DNA from: Candidatus Omnitrophota bacterium
GTDB lineage: Bacteria; Omnitrophota; Gorgyraeia; B26-G9
Direction of reading: 5' to 3'
DNA: 64,000 nucleotides
NCBI GenBank assembly: GCA_018817585.1
Contig: JAHITE010000081.1
Coordinates: forward strand, 4,549 to 68,548
Shown: positions 1-9,885 of the stretch, one piece after another
Numbering within the stretch: position 1 is the stretch's first letter
Layout of the letters: each line of letters starts with the position of its first letter
Notes under the pieces: generated by a model
Seen by the model: only the letters and a program-made list of their open reading frames with translations
The model's database searches: none
Told to the model about the DNA's origin: nothing
Position numbers and translations under genes: made by a program

Positions 1-154
1 GCAATAAAGGATCATTAGTGTGCATCAAGCGAATATGCACAAAATGTCCAGGCTTAAGTTTAGCCGGGATCTTCGGCATGCTCAGCTCTAGATAATAAAC
101 ACTGGCTGACAGCTGCTGATTTTTTTCAATTTTTGCCTTCAAATCATATAACAT
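1..154 (-). CDS. pyrK: Dihydroorotate dehydrogenase electron transfer subunit, N-terminal part (runs off window)
   Basis: Not in ORF track. Manual translation from ATG at 154 gives MLYDLKAKIEKNQQLSASVYYLELSMPKIPAKLKPGHFVHIRLMHTNDPLL, with the PG(Q/H)FV...DPLL(R) pattern of the PyrK FAD-binding domain. GGAG SD upstream; pyr operon context. Confidence 0.75.
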   Translation of the reverse strand, partial: MLYDLKAKIEKNQQLSASVYYLELSMPKIPAKLKPGHFVHIRLMHTNDPLL

Positions 155-168
155 CTATTTACTCCATA

Positions 169-316
169 TTGCGTTGTGCGTACTACGCAAAAACACGTCT
201 TTTCGCTAAGTCTGAGCATGCATCGTGCAGTCTCAGCCGCGCGTTCTCACTATTTTGACATCCCTGTCAAAATTACGTTCAAAAGCGCCGCTCAAAGAGA
301 ATTTTTGCTCAGCGAA
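169..316. repeat. Structured intergenic element of nested hairpins (REP/MITE-like or cis-RNA)
   Basis: TTGCGT/ACGCAA hairpin at 169-190; TTCGCTAAG(202-210)/CTCAGCGAA(308-316) outer stem; CTGAG/CTCAG stem; perfect ATTTTGACA-TCCC-TGTCAAAAT hairpin at 252-273. Confidence 0.45.
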
Positions 317-420
317 TCAGCTATTAGCTATAACTGATTTCCTTATGTCATGTAACTGTTTTTTCTTCTGTTTTTCACTTTATAACTTTATGAACTTTAC
401 AAACTTTCTACTATGCACTA

Positions 421-1239
421 CTACTTTTGACATTTAGAACAAAAAAATGTTCCTCTACCTCCTAAAACAATTCTTTGAATTTTATTTTTGCAAACCAGAC
501 AAGGCTGAGCTTTTCGGCCATAGACATAAAAATGCTGTGAAAAGTTTCCCAGCTGACCATGTCCGTCGCGATAATCACTAAACGATGACCCGCGGCATTT
601 AATCGCCTTTTTTAAAACCTGTTTAATATTTTTAAACAGCAAGCACACTTCAGCTTTTGTTAAACTACAAGCTTGGCGATCCGGCATTATTTTGGATAAA
701 AACAATGCCTCTGCGGCATAAATATTGCCAATGCCGGCAATAAAATGCTGATCAAGCAGCAATGGTTTTATCTTGGTTAACCGCCTGCTTAACTGTTGGC
801 TAAATCCATTTAATTTAAATTCCTTGCTCAGGGGCTCTGGCCCCATTTTAGCCACCACGCTCAGCTGCTGCCAATCTTTGACTAAACGCAGTTCACCCAA
901 GGTACGCTGATCATTGTAGCATAAATAACCGCCATTGGATAATTTAAAACTAACCCGCGCTTTTTTATCAAAAGTACCGTAAACCAATTGCCCGGTCATG
1001 CGCAAGTGCACAGTCAGATATAAAGTTTTTTTATCTTTGGTTTCAAGCTCGATAACCAGAAGTTTACCTCTGCGGATTATTTGCCTTATCCGCGCGTTTT
1101 TTAATCCAGCCTTAAACTTATTGATTTCCGGCTGTTTGACAACACTGGACCGAAACACATCGACTTTAATGATTGTCTGATTTAAGATCACTTTTTCCAA
1201 ATCAGATTTAATTGTTTCAACTTCCGGAAGTTCAGGCAT
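421..1239 (-). CDS. mutM: Formamidopyrimidine-DNA glycosylase/AP lyase
   Basis: N-terminal MPELPEVET, HLRMTG, H2TH GIGNIYA.E.LF, C-terminal zinc finger CLVC...GRGTFFCSKCQ. Confidence 0.98.
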   Translation of the reverse strand: MPELPEVETIKSDLEKVILNQTIIKVDVFRSSVVKQPEINKFKAGLKNARIRQIIRRGKLLVIELETKDKKTLYLTVHLRMTGQLVYGTFDKKARVSFKLSNGGYLCYNDQRTLGELRLVKDWQQLSVVAKMGPEPLSKEFKLNGFSQQLSRRLTKIKPLLLDQHFIAGIGNIYAAEALFLSKIMPDRQACSLTKAEVCLLFKNIKQVLKKAIKCRGSSFSDYRDGHGQLGNFSQHFYVYGRKAQPCLVCKNKIQRIVLGGRGTFFCSKCQK

Positions 1240-1274
1240 AACTCACACCAAATCTATTTTAGTTATCTCTACAC

Positions 1275-1757
1275 TTAAACTAGTCCATTTGCTTTTTGCT
1301 CAAAAATATTGGCATTTTTAACATCATACTGCTGAACAAGAAAAGACCTGACTTCCTCCGCGCCTTTGGCTTTGACAATCTCAGCCATTTCCCGCAGACA
1401 TTTATCTTTACCTACTCCGCTGCCATAGGTAGCAAATAAAATTATTTTTTTACCAGCAAGACCTTTAACTTTATCAATATAGCCGCGCATCGCCGGAGCC
1501 ATGCCAAAAGCCCATACCGGAGTGCCCAGAGCAATCAAATCATATTCTTTTAAATCCAAAATTAAATCCTGATTTAAATCAGCCTGGACTTTGCGGAAAG
1601 CGCGCACGCATTGTTTTAGAAAAAACTTTGATTCATCCGATGGCTTAAGCTCAAGCATGTCAGTTTGAAATTTACGGGTAATTTTGTCTTTGAGAAATTC
1701 CGCGGTTTTTCTGGTATTTCCGGAATAAGAATAATAGACCACTATTGCTTTTTTCAT
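1275..1757 (-). CDS. Flavodoxin family protein
   Basis: VYYSYSGNT FMN-phosphate loop, GTPVW, FATYG. Confidence 0.88.
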   Translation of the reverse strand: MKKAIVVYYSYSGNTRKTAEFLKDKITRKFQTDMLELKPSDESKFFLKQCVRAFRKVQADLNQDLILDLKEYDLIALGTPVWAFGMAPAMRGYIDKVKGLAGKKIILFATYGSGVGKDKCLREMAEIVKAKGAEEVRSFLVQQYDVKNANIFEQKANGLV

Positions 1758-1799
1758 TTTATTTCTTCCCTATTTTATTTAACCCCTACAGACAATCCA

Positions 1800-3068
1800 T
1801 TAAAACAAATTCCATTGTTTTTCAGTTTTCTTTGTTTTCTCAGTTTTTTTTACGTTTTTATTTTTAGCCGCGCCCTTGCCAAAGATACTAATAATCCCAT
1901 ATTCACCGTCATATCCGGGTTTAATCACACATTCAGCGCGCCGAACTTTTAAAATTCCCTGGATAATCCTTGGCGGTAAAACAGCTGTAAGTTCGCTTTC
2001 AGTTTTATGCATTAAAATATCAAATTCTTTACCCAGTCCGGTTACAGCCTGATCATAGGCAGCAGCTACTCTTTTTGATGTCCGGCCAACTTCCAAAGCC
2101 TCGGCAATAATTTCTTCCAGAGGAATCAGGTTTTTAAACGGTATCGCATTATCCGGGACAAATCCTTCCGAACGATCAGCTAACTCTTCCACCCGGCTGG
2201 TAACACCCACAGTAACGGCTTTGCCGCATTGCGGACAAAGCCCCTTATTTTTTTTTGTTTCCCGCGGAGATAATCTTACCTGGCAATTACGGTGTCCATC
2301 ATAATGATATTTACCTTCTTCGGGAAAAAATTCAATGGTATAGAGAAATCTTTTTTTGTCTTTTGTCTTTAAAACATCTCTGATTTCAAAATAAGACATT
2401 TCACAATCAAACACATTAGCCTCTCTGCCGATTTTTTGCGGTGAATGGCAATCTGAATTGGAAATTAAACTGTATTTATCCAAAGCGCTCAAACGCCAAT
2501 TCATTGCCGGATCAGAGGAAAGTCCGGTTTCCAGGGCAAAGATATTTTTTGCCTGTTCTTCAAAACAATCTTCAATTAAATCAAATCCTGATTTTGAACC
2601 AAACAAGCTGAACCAGGGTGTCCAGATATGCGCTGGCACCAGCATACAATTGGGATCAATTTCAAACACAATTCTCGCCAGTTTAGCCGCGTCCAATCCG
2701 AGAATCGGCCGGCCATCAGCACGCAGATTGCCGATTGCGGACAAGGCTTTGTTAATTTTATCAACTGTTTCAAATGAAGGCGCGAAGATCAGATTATGAA
2801 TCCGATAACAGCGATTGTTTTTAGAATAAATACTGCTGATCTCAGCCGTAAGCATAAAATGCACATCATCATAAACAAATAATCCCTTACCGCTTGGTTT
2901 GAGCACTGATTTCAAATGATCCAGCCAAAGATGATGCGTAAAATCGCCTGTGCCCAAAAGATCAATGCCTTTAATTTTTGCCCATTTAGCCAAATTAGGC
3001 AGATCCATGGTTGGAGATGTAGCGCGGCTGTATTTAGAATGAATATGCAAATCAGCAATAAATTTCAT
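1800..3068 (-). CDS. Endonuclease Q family (PHP-domain) DNA repair endonuclease
   Basis: ADLHIHSKYSRATS, GTGDFTH, PAHIWTPWFS, ETGLSSD, SNSDCHS, GKYH.DGHR.C and CPQCG zinc motif, GYDGEYG. Confidence 0.9.
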   Translation of the reverse strand: MKFIADLHIHSKYSRATSPTMDLPNLAKWAKIKGIDLLGTGDFTHHLWLDHLKSVLKPSGKGLFVYDDVHFMLTAEISSIYSKNNRCYRIHNLIFAPSFETVDKINKALSAIGNLRADGRPILGLDAAKLARIVFEIDPNCMLVPAHIWTPWFSLFGSKSGFDLIEDCFEEQAKNIFALETGLSSDPAMNWRLSALDKYSLISNSDCHSPQKIGREANVFDCEMSYFEIRDVLKTKDKKRFLYTIEFFPEEGKYHYDGHRNCQVRLSPRETKKNKGLCPQCGKAVTVGVTSRVEELADRSEGFVPDNAIPFKNLIPLEEIIAEALEVGRTSKRVAAAYDQAVTGLGKEFDILMHKTESELTAVLPPRIIQGILKVRRAECVIKPGYDGEYGIISIFGKGAAKNKNVKKTEKTKKTEKQWNLF

Positions 3069-3081
3069 AAGTACCCTTTAA

Positions 3082-4359
3082 TTAGTCTGCCTGATAAATG
3101 ATTTTCCCATTGCTGATTGTCAGCGCAACAGCTCCCTTGACTTTTCGGCCGATAAACGGAGTGTTTTTTGATTTGGATTTAAAATTAGCTAAACTGATAA
3201 TTGATTCTTTTTCGGGATCAAAAATTACCAGATCAGCATTTGAGCCTTCGGCAATATAACCTTTATCCAGCCCAAGAATCTTTGCCGGATTATAAGCCAT
3301 TTTTTCACACAACTGATTTAAAGTCAATATCCCTGGTTCCACCAGTTCGCTGATTGCTAAACTCAGGGCTGTTTCCAGTCCAATGATCCCAAACGGCGCA
3401 TGATCATATTCCACATCTTTTTCTGATTCAGCATGCGGCGCGTGATCAGTGGCAATACAATCAATTGTCCCGTCTTTTAAACCTTGCTTAATTGCCTGAA
3501 CATCAGCTTTTGCCCGTAACGGCGGATTAACTTTTGTATTAGTGTCATAGCCTAGCACAGCCTCATCAGTTAAGCTAAAATGATGCGGTGTTGCTTCACA
3601 GGTAATTTTTAAACCATCTTTTTTCGCTCTTTTAACTAAGACCACTGATTCTTTGGCACTGATATGGGCAATATGCAGACAAGTATCTGTATAGCGGGCA
3701 ATTTCAATATCACGGGCAATCATCGTTACCTCAGCCAGCGTGGGAATACCTTTTAATCCCAGTTTTGTCGAGATATAGCCCTCGTTCATAACCCCGCCAA
3801 AAGAAAGGTCATTATTTTCCGAATGAGCAATCACTAGAATATTCAGCATTGAGGCATATTCCAAAGCGCGGCGCATCAAATCGGCATTCATAACGCCATT
3901 ACCGTCATCTGAAATCGCGATTATTCCCGCGTTCTGCATATCCGCTATTTCCGAGAGTTCCTCGCCCTTTAAGCCTTTTGTGATCGCGCCAATCGGAAGC
4001 ACATTTATCAGCGCTGTTTTTCTCGCTTCAGAAATTACAAACTCGACAACTCCCTGATTATCAATCACCGGATTAGTATTAGGCATACAGCAGACAGTGG
4101 TAAATCCACCGGCAGCCGCGGCCATGCTTCCGGTTTTAATAGTTTCTTTATATTCATAGCCTGGCTCTCGAAGATGCACATGCATATCCACAAAACCCGG
4201 CATAAGCACTTTATCCTGCGCGTCGATAATTTCAGCATCTTTGTCTTTTATATTTTTGGCGATTTTAGCAATCTTATTATTTTCAATTAAAACATCCAGC
4301 TGATCATCAAGATTACTCTTCGCGTCAATTACTCTGGCATTTTTTATCAGTAATTTCAT
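3082..4359 (-). CDS. pyrC: Dihydroorotase (type I)
   Basis: DMHVHLREPG, MPNTNP, KVNPPLR, IATDHAPH. Start moved to the ATG at 4359 (GGAG SD, right after the pyrB stop). Confidence 0.97.
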   Translation of the reverse strand: MKLLIKNARVIDAKSNLDDQLDVLIENNKIAKIAKNIKDKDAEIIDAQDKVLMPGFVDMHVHLREPGYEYKETIKTGSMAAAAGGFTTVCCMPNTNPVIDNQGVVEFVISEARKTALINVLPIGAITKGLKGEELSEIADMQNAGIIAISDDGNGVMNADLMRRALEYASMLNILVIAHSENNDLSFGGVMNEGYISTKLGLKGIPTLAEVTMIARDIEIARYTDTCLHIAHISAKESVVLVKRAKKDGLKITCEATPHHFSLTDEAVLGYDTNTKVNPPLRAKADVQAIKQGLKDGTIDCIATDHAPHAESEKDVEYDHAPFGIIGLETALSLAISELVEPGILTLNQLCEKMAYNPAKILGLDKGYIAEGSNADLVIFDPEKESIISLANFKSKSKNTPFIGRKVKGAVALTISNGKIIYQAD

Positions 4360-4360
4360 A

Positions 4361-5305
4361 TTATTGCTCCTGTTCATCAGAATTAGCTTGTGACACCAAA
4401 TAGAGTACTGCCATTCTCACCGCGATTCCATTAGTCACCTGCTCAAGAATCACGGAATAAGTCCCATCAGCAACATCCGGCATAATTTCAATCCCCCGAT
4501 TCATTGGGCCGGGATGCATTACCAATACATCTTTTTTCGCGTATTTTTCCAGCTTTTCCTTGCTCACTCCATACTGAATCGCGTATTCGCGCATTGAAGG
4601 AAACAATCCGGCTTTTTGGCGTTCTTTTTGAATCCGCAGGATATTAATCACATCCGCGCCTTTTAATGCTTTGGATAAATCCGTGGTAATATTTACTCCC
4701 ATTTTTTCAATTTCCCGCGGTAAAAGCGTTCTCGGCGCGCAAATCGTTACATTCGCTCCCAGCTTTTTCAATCCCCAGATATTGCTGCGGGCAACCCGTG
4801 AATGCGTTATATCACCGATAATCGATACATTCAAGCCTTTTATTTTACCTTTTTTTTCTTTAATCGTAAACATATCAAGCAATGCTTGCGTAGGATGTTC
4901 ATGACAGCCGTCTCCGGCATTGATAATCGACGGCCCCATGGATTCAGCCAATGTATGCATTACTCCGCTGGAAGAATGTCGGAGAATAATCGCGTCGACT
5001 TTCATCGCTTCAATGTTTTTAAAAGTATCTTTCAGGGTCTCGCCTTTTTGAATCGCGCTGGTTGATGTGGCAATACTCAAAGTATCCGCACTTAACCTTT
5101 TTGCTGCCAGTTCAAAACTTGTTCTCGTCCTAGTTGACGGTTCAAAGAAGAATAGTACAATTGTCTTGCCGCGCAAAGTCGGTACTTTTTTAACTGAGCG
5201 GGTGGAAACTTCTTTAAACGATCCAGCTGTTTGCAGAATCAACTCAATTTCCTGCGCGGACAATTCCTCAAGTCCCAAAAGATCTTTTCTTGTCCATTCA
5301 TTCAT
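4361..5305 (-). CDS. pyrB: Aspartate carbamoyltransferase catalytic subunit
   Basis: [38 protein letters not shown]. Confidence 0.98.
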   Translation of the reverse strand: MNEWTRKDLLGLEELSAQEIELILQTAGSFKEVSTRSVKKVPTLRGKTIVLFFFEPSTRTRTSFELAAKRLSADTLSIATSTSAIQKGETLKDTFKNIEAMKVDAIILRHSSSGVMHTLAESMGPSIINAGDGCHEHPTQALLDMFTIKEKKGKIKGLNVSIIGDITHSRVARSNIWGLKKLGANVTICAPRTLLPREIEKMGVNITTDLSKALKGADVINILRIQKERQKAGLFPSMREYAIQYGVSKEKLEKYAKKDVLVMHPGPMNRGIEIMPDVADGTYSVILEQVTNGIAVRMAVLYLVSQANSDEQEQ

Positions 5306-5856
5306 TGGCGTTTTTCCTTTTGATTGATTAAAACTATCTCATCTTTTCCATCTTCCTCAACTAATCTGACCTCTACATTTTCCTTCAAGGTTGTCGGTAA
5401 GTTCTTGCCCACATAATCCGCTCTGATCGGCAGCTCGCGGTGTCCGCGGTCAATCAATACAGCCAGCTGAATATTCTGCGGTCTGCCCAGATCAATCAGT
5501 TCATCCAAAGCGCAGCGAATCGTTCTGCCGGTAAACAAAACATCGTCAACTAAAACAATCTTTTTATCATCGATATCAAAATCAACTTTGGTGCTGTGCA
5601 CAACCGGACAGTAATCAATCATCGTTAGATCATCGCGGTAAAGAGTTATATCCATTATTCCCACCGGAACATCTGAGCCATCGATTTCTTTGATCAAATC
5701 AGCGATTCTCTGGGCAAGATAGGCTCCCCGGCAGCGGATACCAACAATCGCCAGATCCTCAGTCCCTTTATTGCGTTCGAGTATTTCATGACTAATCCGC
5801 ATCAAAGTACGTTTTATCATCTTATCGTCCATTAGATTTGCTTCTTTTTTCAGCAT
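5302..5856 (-). CDS. pyrR: Bifunctional pyr operon attenuation regulator/uracil phosphoribosyltransferase
   Basis: [46 protein letters not shown]. Start at ATG 5856 after AAGGAG. Confidence 0.97.
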   Translation of the reverse strand: MLKKEANLMDDKMIKRTLMRISHEILERNKGTEDLAIVGIRCRGAYLAQRIADLIKEIDGSDVPVGIMDITLYRDDLTMIDYCPVVHSTKVDFDIDDKKIVLVDDVLFTGRTIRCALDELIDLGRPQNIQLAVLIDRGHRELPIRADYVGKNLPTTLKENVEVRLVEEDGKDEIVLINQKEKRQ

Positions 5857-5878
5857 AGGGTCTCCTTGAATTAGACAT

Positions 5879-5926
5879 AAAAAAAACCTGCTCACTTACC
5901 TCAGATCGGTATAGTTTAAGCAGGCT
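5879..5926 (-). terminator. pyr leader attenuator terminator
   Basis: On the minus strand an AGCCUGCUUA...UGAGCAGGUU stem is followed by a U-run, just upstream of the pyrR SD. Confidence 0.75.
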
Positions 5927-5946
5927 AAAAACATCATTTTTTGACT

Positions 5947-5977
5947 CCTTGCTAGTCTCTCTGGACTAATTTAAAGG
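5947..5977 (-). promoter_or_regulatory. PyrR-binding RNA stem-loop
   Basis: Minus strand reads CCUUUAAAUUAGUCCAGAGAGACUAGCAAGG, matching the UUUAA + AGUCCAGAGAG PyrR binding loop consensus. Confidence 0.9.
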
Positions 5978-5989
5978 TTTATCTTTATA

Positions 5990-6202
5990 TTAAATATAGC
6001 ATAGGCCGGTATGCTTGTCAAGATAAACTAATAAAAAAAGCGGTTCATGAAATATCTGGGTTTTGACAATATTTTGCTCTAGTTTTTGTTTTAAACTCAA
6101 TTCCTGCTGCGCGAATAAACCGGAATTTGGACAGCCAAAAACAAGAATTAAACTGAAAACTACTTTTATTATTTGATTAATCTTTATCGCGTTAATTTTC
6201 AT
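5990..6202 (-). pseudogene. Short ORF with signal-peptide-like N-terminus, probably a truncated secreted-protein gene
   Basis: Basic-hydrophobic-LFA|QQ N-terminus and AGGA upstream, but the frame runs into the pyr promoter. Confidence 0.3.
5993..6021 (-). promoter_or_regulatory. sigma70 promoter of the pyr operon
   Basis: TTGACA-17 nt-TATATT with extended -10 TG. Confidence 0.75.
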
Positions 6203-6232
6203 TTATTGTCTTTTTCCTGCCCTAATAATATT

Positions 6233-8398
6233 TTATTTTTGCTGATCCAGCGCCATCAGTTCCAGGGCTTTTAAATGCATGGTTTTATATTCCTCATTTC
6301 GCTCCTGCTCTTTATACAATAAAGCCAGATTATAATATGCTTCCAGATAATCAGGATTAAGCTCAATTGCTTTAAGATAATCTTTTTCCGCTAAAACCAT
6401 TTGGCCAGTAGATTCATAAACCGCCGCCCGATGATTATAAACCGGAGCAAATTGCTGATCAATTAAAATAGCCTGGTTAAACACGGCTAAGGCCTGATCG
6501 GATTGGCCTAAGGCCGCATAAGCTGAACCAAGATTAACTCTGGCGCCAAGATCATTAGGATCAAGCTCCAGGACTTTATTATAAGCCAAAATTGTCTGAT
6601 CATATTTTTTCAATTTAAACAAAGCCAGGCCCTGATTATTATAGGCCGCTGAATCCGCGGGATCATGGGCAATGACCTGCTCAAATATTTTTAAAGCCGA
6701 ATCAAACTGATTATTTTCCAAATCCAAAACTCCGACATTATACAAGATATCCAGATTATCGGGATTTATTTTACAAGCCTGCTCAAAAGATTTTATCGCC
6801 TTGGCCGTCTGGCCTTTATAGCGAAAAGCCGTGCCTAAATTAAAAAACCAGCGGGATTTGTCATCCTGGGCAGCGCCAAACAGATTCAGATTGCAGTAGA
6901 TATATAAAACAAGCAAAACTAAACCATATTTTAGAAATATTCTAAAGTTCTTATTTCTTAATTTATCAAAAAGCCAAACAGCGGCATATGCCGCGTAAAT
7001 CACAAAATAAGGCACAAGCACAGCGCGATATCTGCTGACCACGAAAAATATGACCATAACCATTAAATGTGCCAGGATAAAGCAATTCAGAACCATTATT
7101 TTCTGATTGGTTTTATGCCAGGAAATAAATATTCCGAGCAAAGCCAAAGGCGCGATAACCCCAAAAGGAAAACTAATAAACCGATTGGAAAAAACCAAAA
7201 CAGTCAGCAATGATGACCATAAACGAAAAAAATAAATACTCTGGTTTTCCGGAATTTCATAAGCACTAAACAAATAAAATATTTTCCTCAGAATCAAACT
7301 AGTAAAATCCACTGGATGCTGAATAATATATTGCCCTGTTTTAAACATCCAGTAATTCGAGACCTGAGAATTATTCAAATTCTTATTAGTTTGCGATTGA
7401 GCGACTTTGATTGAAGATACCCAGACATTATCCTGCCAGCCTTGATAAGCAAAATCCCGGCTGGGCGGGGCCGCGGTTTTACCGTCAGCTAAAGGATTAT
7501 TACCAATATAAAGATTTATCCCAATGGTTGATGAAAGCAGGACAAACTCTCCGCCTTCAATCAGATTCCGCAAAGATAAGGGTAAAACACTAAGAAAAGC
7601 TCCCAGACAAAGCAGAATCAAAGGTTTAAACGCTGTTTTATTCCAGGAAAAAGGTTTATTTGTTTTTATTTTTTGGTTTACAGTCAGGGGTAACTGTTGG
7701 TCTGTTGAATTTTTATTTTCCCCATCGGCCCTAATCTCGGATAAACAATCCGCTTGCGCGAAGTGGCAACCTTGCTGTTTAGTTAGAAAATAATAAACAT
7801 AAGCGCAAAGCAAAGGCAAAAATAAAATCACATTCGGACTAGTTTGCAGACAAATCCCGAAAAAAATACCGCTGCTCAGCCATTTCCAGGGTTTTGGTTT
7901 TTCAATTGTGCTGAAGATAATTAATAACAAATTAAGATTTAAAAATATAGTCAAACCAACGCTTAAAAACTCAGCGTCAAAATAAATTAATACTCCGTAA
8001 AGCGCGCAAATAATTCCCGCAAGCAAACCAACTCTTCGACCAAACAGTTTTTTAGCCAGCAAATAAACCAGCTGACAATTGATCGAACCTAAGATCATCT
8101 GCGCGGTTTTTATGGCAAAAAAATCACTACTAAATAACCGCATCAATACAGCCAGAAAATAAACATACAGCGGTACCCGGGGAGTAACCAGCCCCTTGAG
8201 CAGCCAGTCTCCGGCTACCATTTTTTGCGCGTAGATATAATGACTAAGCGCGTCAATTACCGGCGAATCAAAAAAAGGACAATGCTGATATTGATTTAAA
8301 TAAACCAGCCGAAAAAACAAAGCCAGGATAAAAATCAGGCTGATGCTGATAAAATCAAATACGAAAAATGTTTTTTTGATATTCTGTTCTTGGTTCAT
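6233..8398 (-). CDS. GT-C fold (ArnT/PMT-like) membrane glycosyltransferase with C-terminal TPR repeats
   Basis: About 11-12 hydrophobic segments, early D-containing loop (SPVIDA), P.Y.YFLA, NLYIGNNP.ADG, SRYR, followed by about 5-6 TPR units (NLG.A, AYNNQG, AYYNLA). Confidence 0.85.
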   Translation of the reverse strand: MNQEQNIKKTFFVFDFISISLIFILALFFRLVYLNQYQHCPFFDSPVIDALSHYIYAQKMVAGDWLLKGLVTPRVPLYVYFLAVLMRLFSSDFFAIKTAQMILGSINCQLVYLLAKKLFGRRVGLLAGIICALYGVLIYFDAEFLSVGLTIFLNLNLLLIIFSTIEKPKPWKWLSSGIFFGICLQTSPNVILFLPLLCAYVYYFLTKQQGCHFAQADCLSEIRADGENKNSTDQQLPLTVNQKIKTNKPFSWNKTAFKPLILLCLGAFLSVLPLSLRNLIEGGEFVLLSSTIGINLYIGNNPLADGKTAAPPSRDFAYQGWQDNVWVSSIKVAQSQTNKNLNNSQVSNYWMFKTGQYIIQHPVDFTSLILRKIFYLFSAYEIPENQSIYFFRLWSSLLTVLVFSNRFISFPFGVIAPLALLGIFISWHKTNQKIMVLNCFILAHLMVMVIFFVVSRYRAVLVPYFVIYAAYAAVWLFDKLRNKNFRIFLKYGLVLLVLYIYCNLNLFGAAQDDKSRWFFNLGTAFRYKGQTAKAIKSFEQACKINPDNLDILYNVGVLDLENNQFDSALKIFEQVIAHDPADSAAYNNQGLALFKLKKYDQTILAYNKVLELDPNDLGARVNLGSAYAALGQSDQALAVFNQAILIDQQFAPVYNHRAAVYESTGQMVLAEKDYLKAIELNPDYLEAYYNLALLYKEQERNEEYKTMHLKALELMALDQQK

Positions 8399-9885
8399 GA
8401 CTTTAATATTGGAATAAGTAGTTTATGAAAAATTGTTCTAAAGAAAAACATTGGTTTTCTAAATAAGAATATATTATAATTCTGGAAAAATTTAAATGGA
8501 TTTCTTAAAAATAATTTAAGGTTATAAGTCCAATACCAGTTTCTCCGGGTTTTTTCCAAAAACCTACTGTCAAATTCCTCGGTTTCAAATTTTGACTGAA
8601 AATAATCGAGGCTTGTATCATCCAAATCATTTAAATAGCCTTTTTGCCGGCAATATTCAAAAATCCGAGTCCCGGGCAAAGGATTGGCAATAAACAAAGA
8701 CACCCTGTCCAAAGCCAGCTTGTTCATAAATTCTAAAGTCTTAAATATCTGGGCCTTTGTTTCCTGCGGAAAACCAATAATAAAAAAACCATAAGTATTT
8801 ATTTTATGCGCTTTGATTATTTTGCTTATTTCCTCAATTTGCTTTAAATCCGTTGGCTTGTTTAAAACATCGCGCAATATATTCGGATCACCGCTTTCCA
8901 CTGCCAGAGTTATTTCATAACAGCCGCTTTGCTTCATTAAGCTGATCATTTCCGGATCAAGGGTCTGAGCGGCAATGCCGTTAGGAGTGTTCCAGGTAAA
9001 ATTAAATTTACGGTCAATCATTGCTTGAAACAATTTTTTCGCCCGCGGTTTATCCAAAGTCAGATTATCATCAAAGAATTTTATTTCTTTAATCCCCATA
9101 GCCTTTAACTGGCACATTTCCTGAATTACATTTTCCACAGAACGCGGCCGATACTTTCTACCCCAAAAATGACAGGAGCTGCAAAAAGCGCATTCAAACG
9201 GACAGCCGCGGGAGGTGATCAGATTCATTGCCGGAGTCTGTCGGCTGACCAGGCCCATGGGCAAATTGATTTTATGATATTTTTCTAAGGGTAATAAATC
9301 TCTGGCGGGAAATGGAATCAGATCAATATTTTCAATCCACTGGGTCTTGGGATTTATCTGAACTATATTATTATTTCTAAACGCCAAACCATCAATCTTC
9401 GCGTAATCAGCTTTATTGCTAATCGCGGTTAAAAGATTTTTTAATGTCTCCTCCCCTTCGCCCAGAATAATAAAATCAAGCTGCTGATTCTCCAGGCATT
9501 TTTCAGCTAAAAAACTGGGGTGTGAACCGCCGACGATAGTTACAATGTTTTCGGAAATGCTTTTAATATCACGGCAGATCCGATTAACAATGCTAATCTG
9601 ACTGGAATAAAGACAAGTTATGGACACAGCATCCGGCTCGAAATCAATAATCTGCTGTTTTATCTGGCTAAAAGACAATCCATAGCGCAATAAACCATTG
9701 GCTAATCTGGTTTCCTGCGCATATCCCTCAACTGCCGCATCAAGGAGTTTAACTTGAAAATCATCGCGCAGATAAGCAGCCAGATAAGTAATTCCCAATG
9801 GCGGCATTATCTGTTTAACAGACTCCGGCGAAAAAACAACCGGAGGAAAAATTAGCATTAGTTTTTTTATGGGTCTATCAATCAT
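8395..9885 (-). CDS. Cobalamin-binding radical SAM protein
   Basis: PPLGITYLAA, GGSHPS, GEGE, TSRGCPFECAFC, DDNLT, ESG, GFP.ET. Confidence 0.93.
   Translation of the reverse strand: MIDRPIKKLMLIFPPVVFSPESVKQIMPPLGITYLAAYLRDDFQVKLLDAAVEGYAQETRLANGLLRYGLSFSQIKQQIIDFEPDAVSITCLYSSQISIVNRICRDIKSISENIVTIVGGSHPSFLAEKCLENQQLDFIILGEGEETLKNLLTAISNKADYAKIDGLAFRNNNIVQINPKTQWIENIDLIPFPARDLLPLEKYHKINLPMGLVSRQTPAMNLITSRGCPFECAFCSSCHFWGRKYRPRSVENVIQEMCQLKAMGIKEIKFFDDNLTLDKPRAKKLFQAMIDRKFNFTWNTPNGIAAQTLDPEMISLMKQSGCYEITLAVESGDPNILRDVLNKPTDLKQIEEISKIIKAHKINTYGFFIIGFPQETKAQIFKTLEFMNKLALDRVSLFIANPLPGTRIFEYCRQKGYLNDLDDTSLDYFQSKFETEEFDSRFLEKTRRNWYWTYNLKLFLRNPFKFFQNYNIFLFRKPMFFFRTIFHKLLIPILKS

Noticed and set aside
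225-437. 70-aa plus-strand ORF
   Set aside because: It overlies hairpins and tandem repeats, its composition (NF/FF runs) reflects the repeats, and it has no SD.
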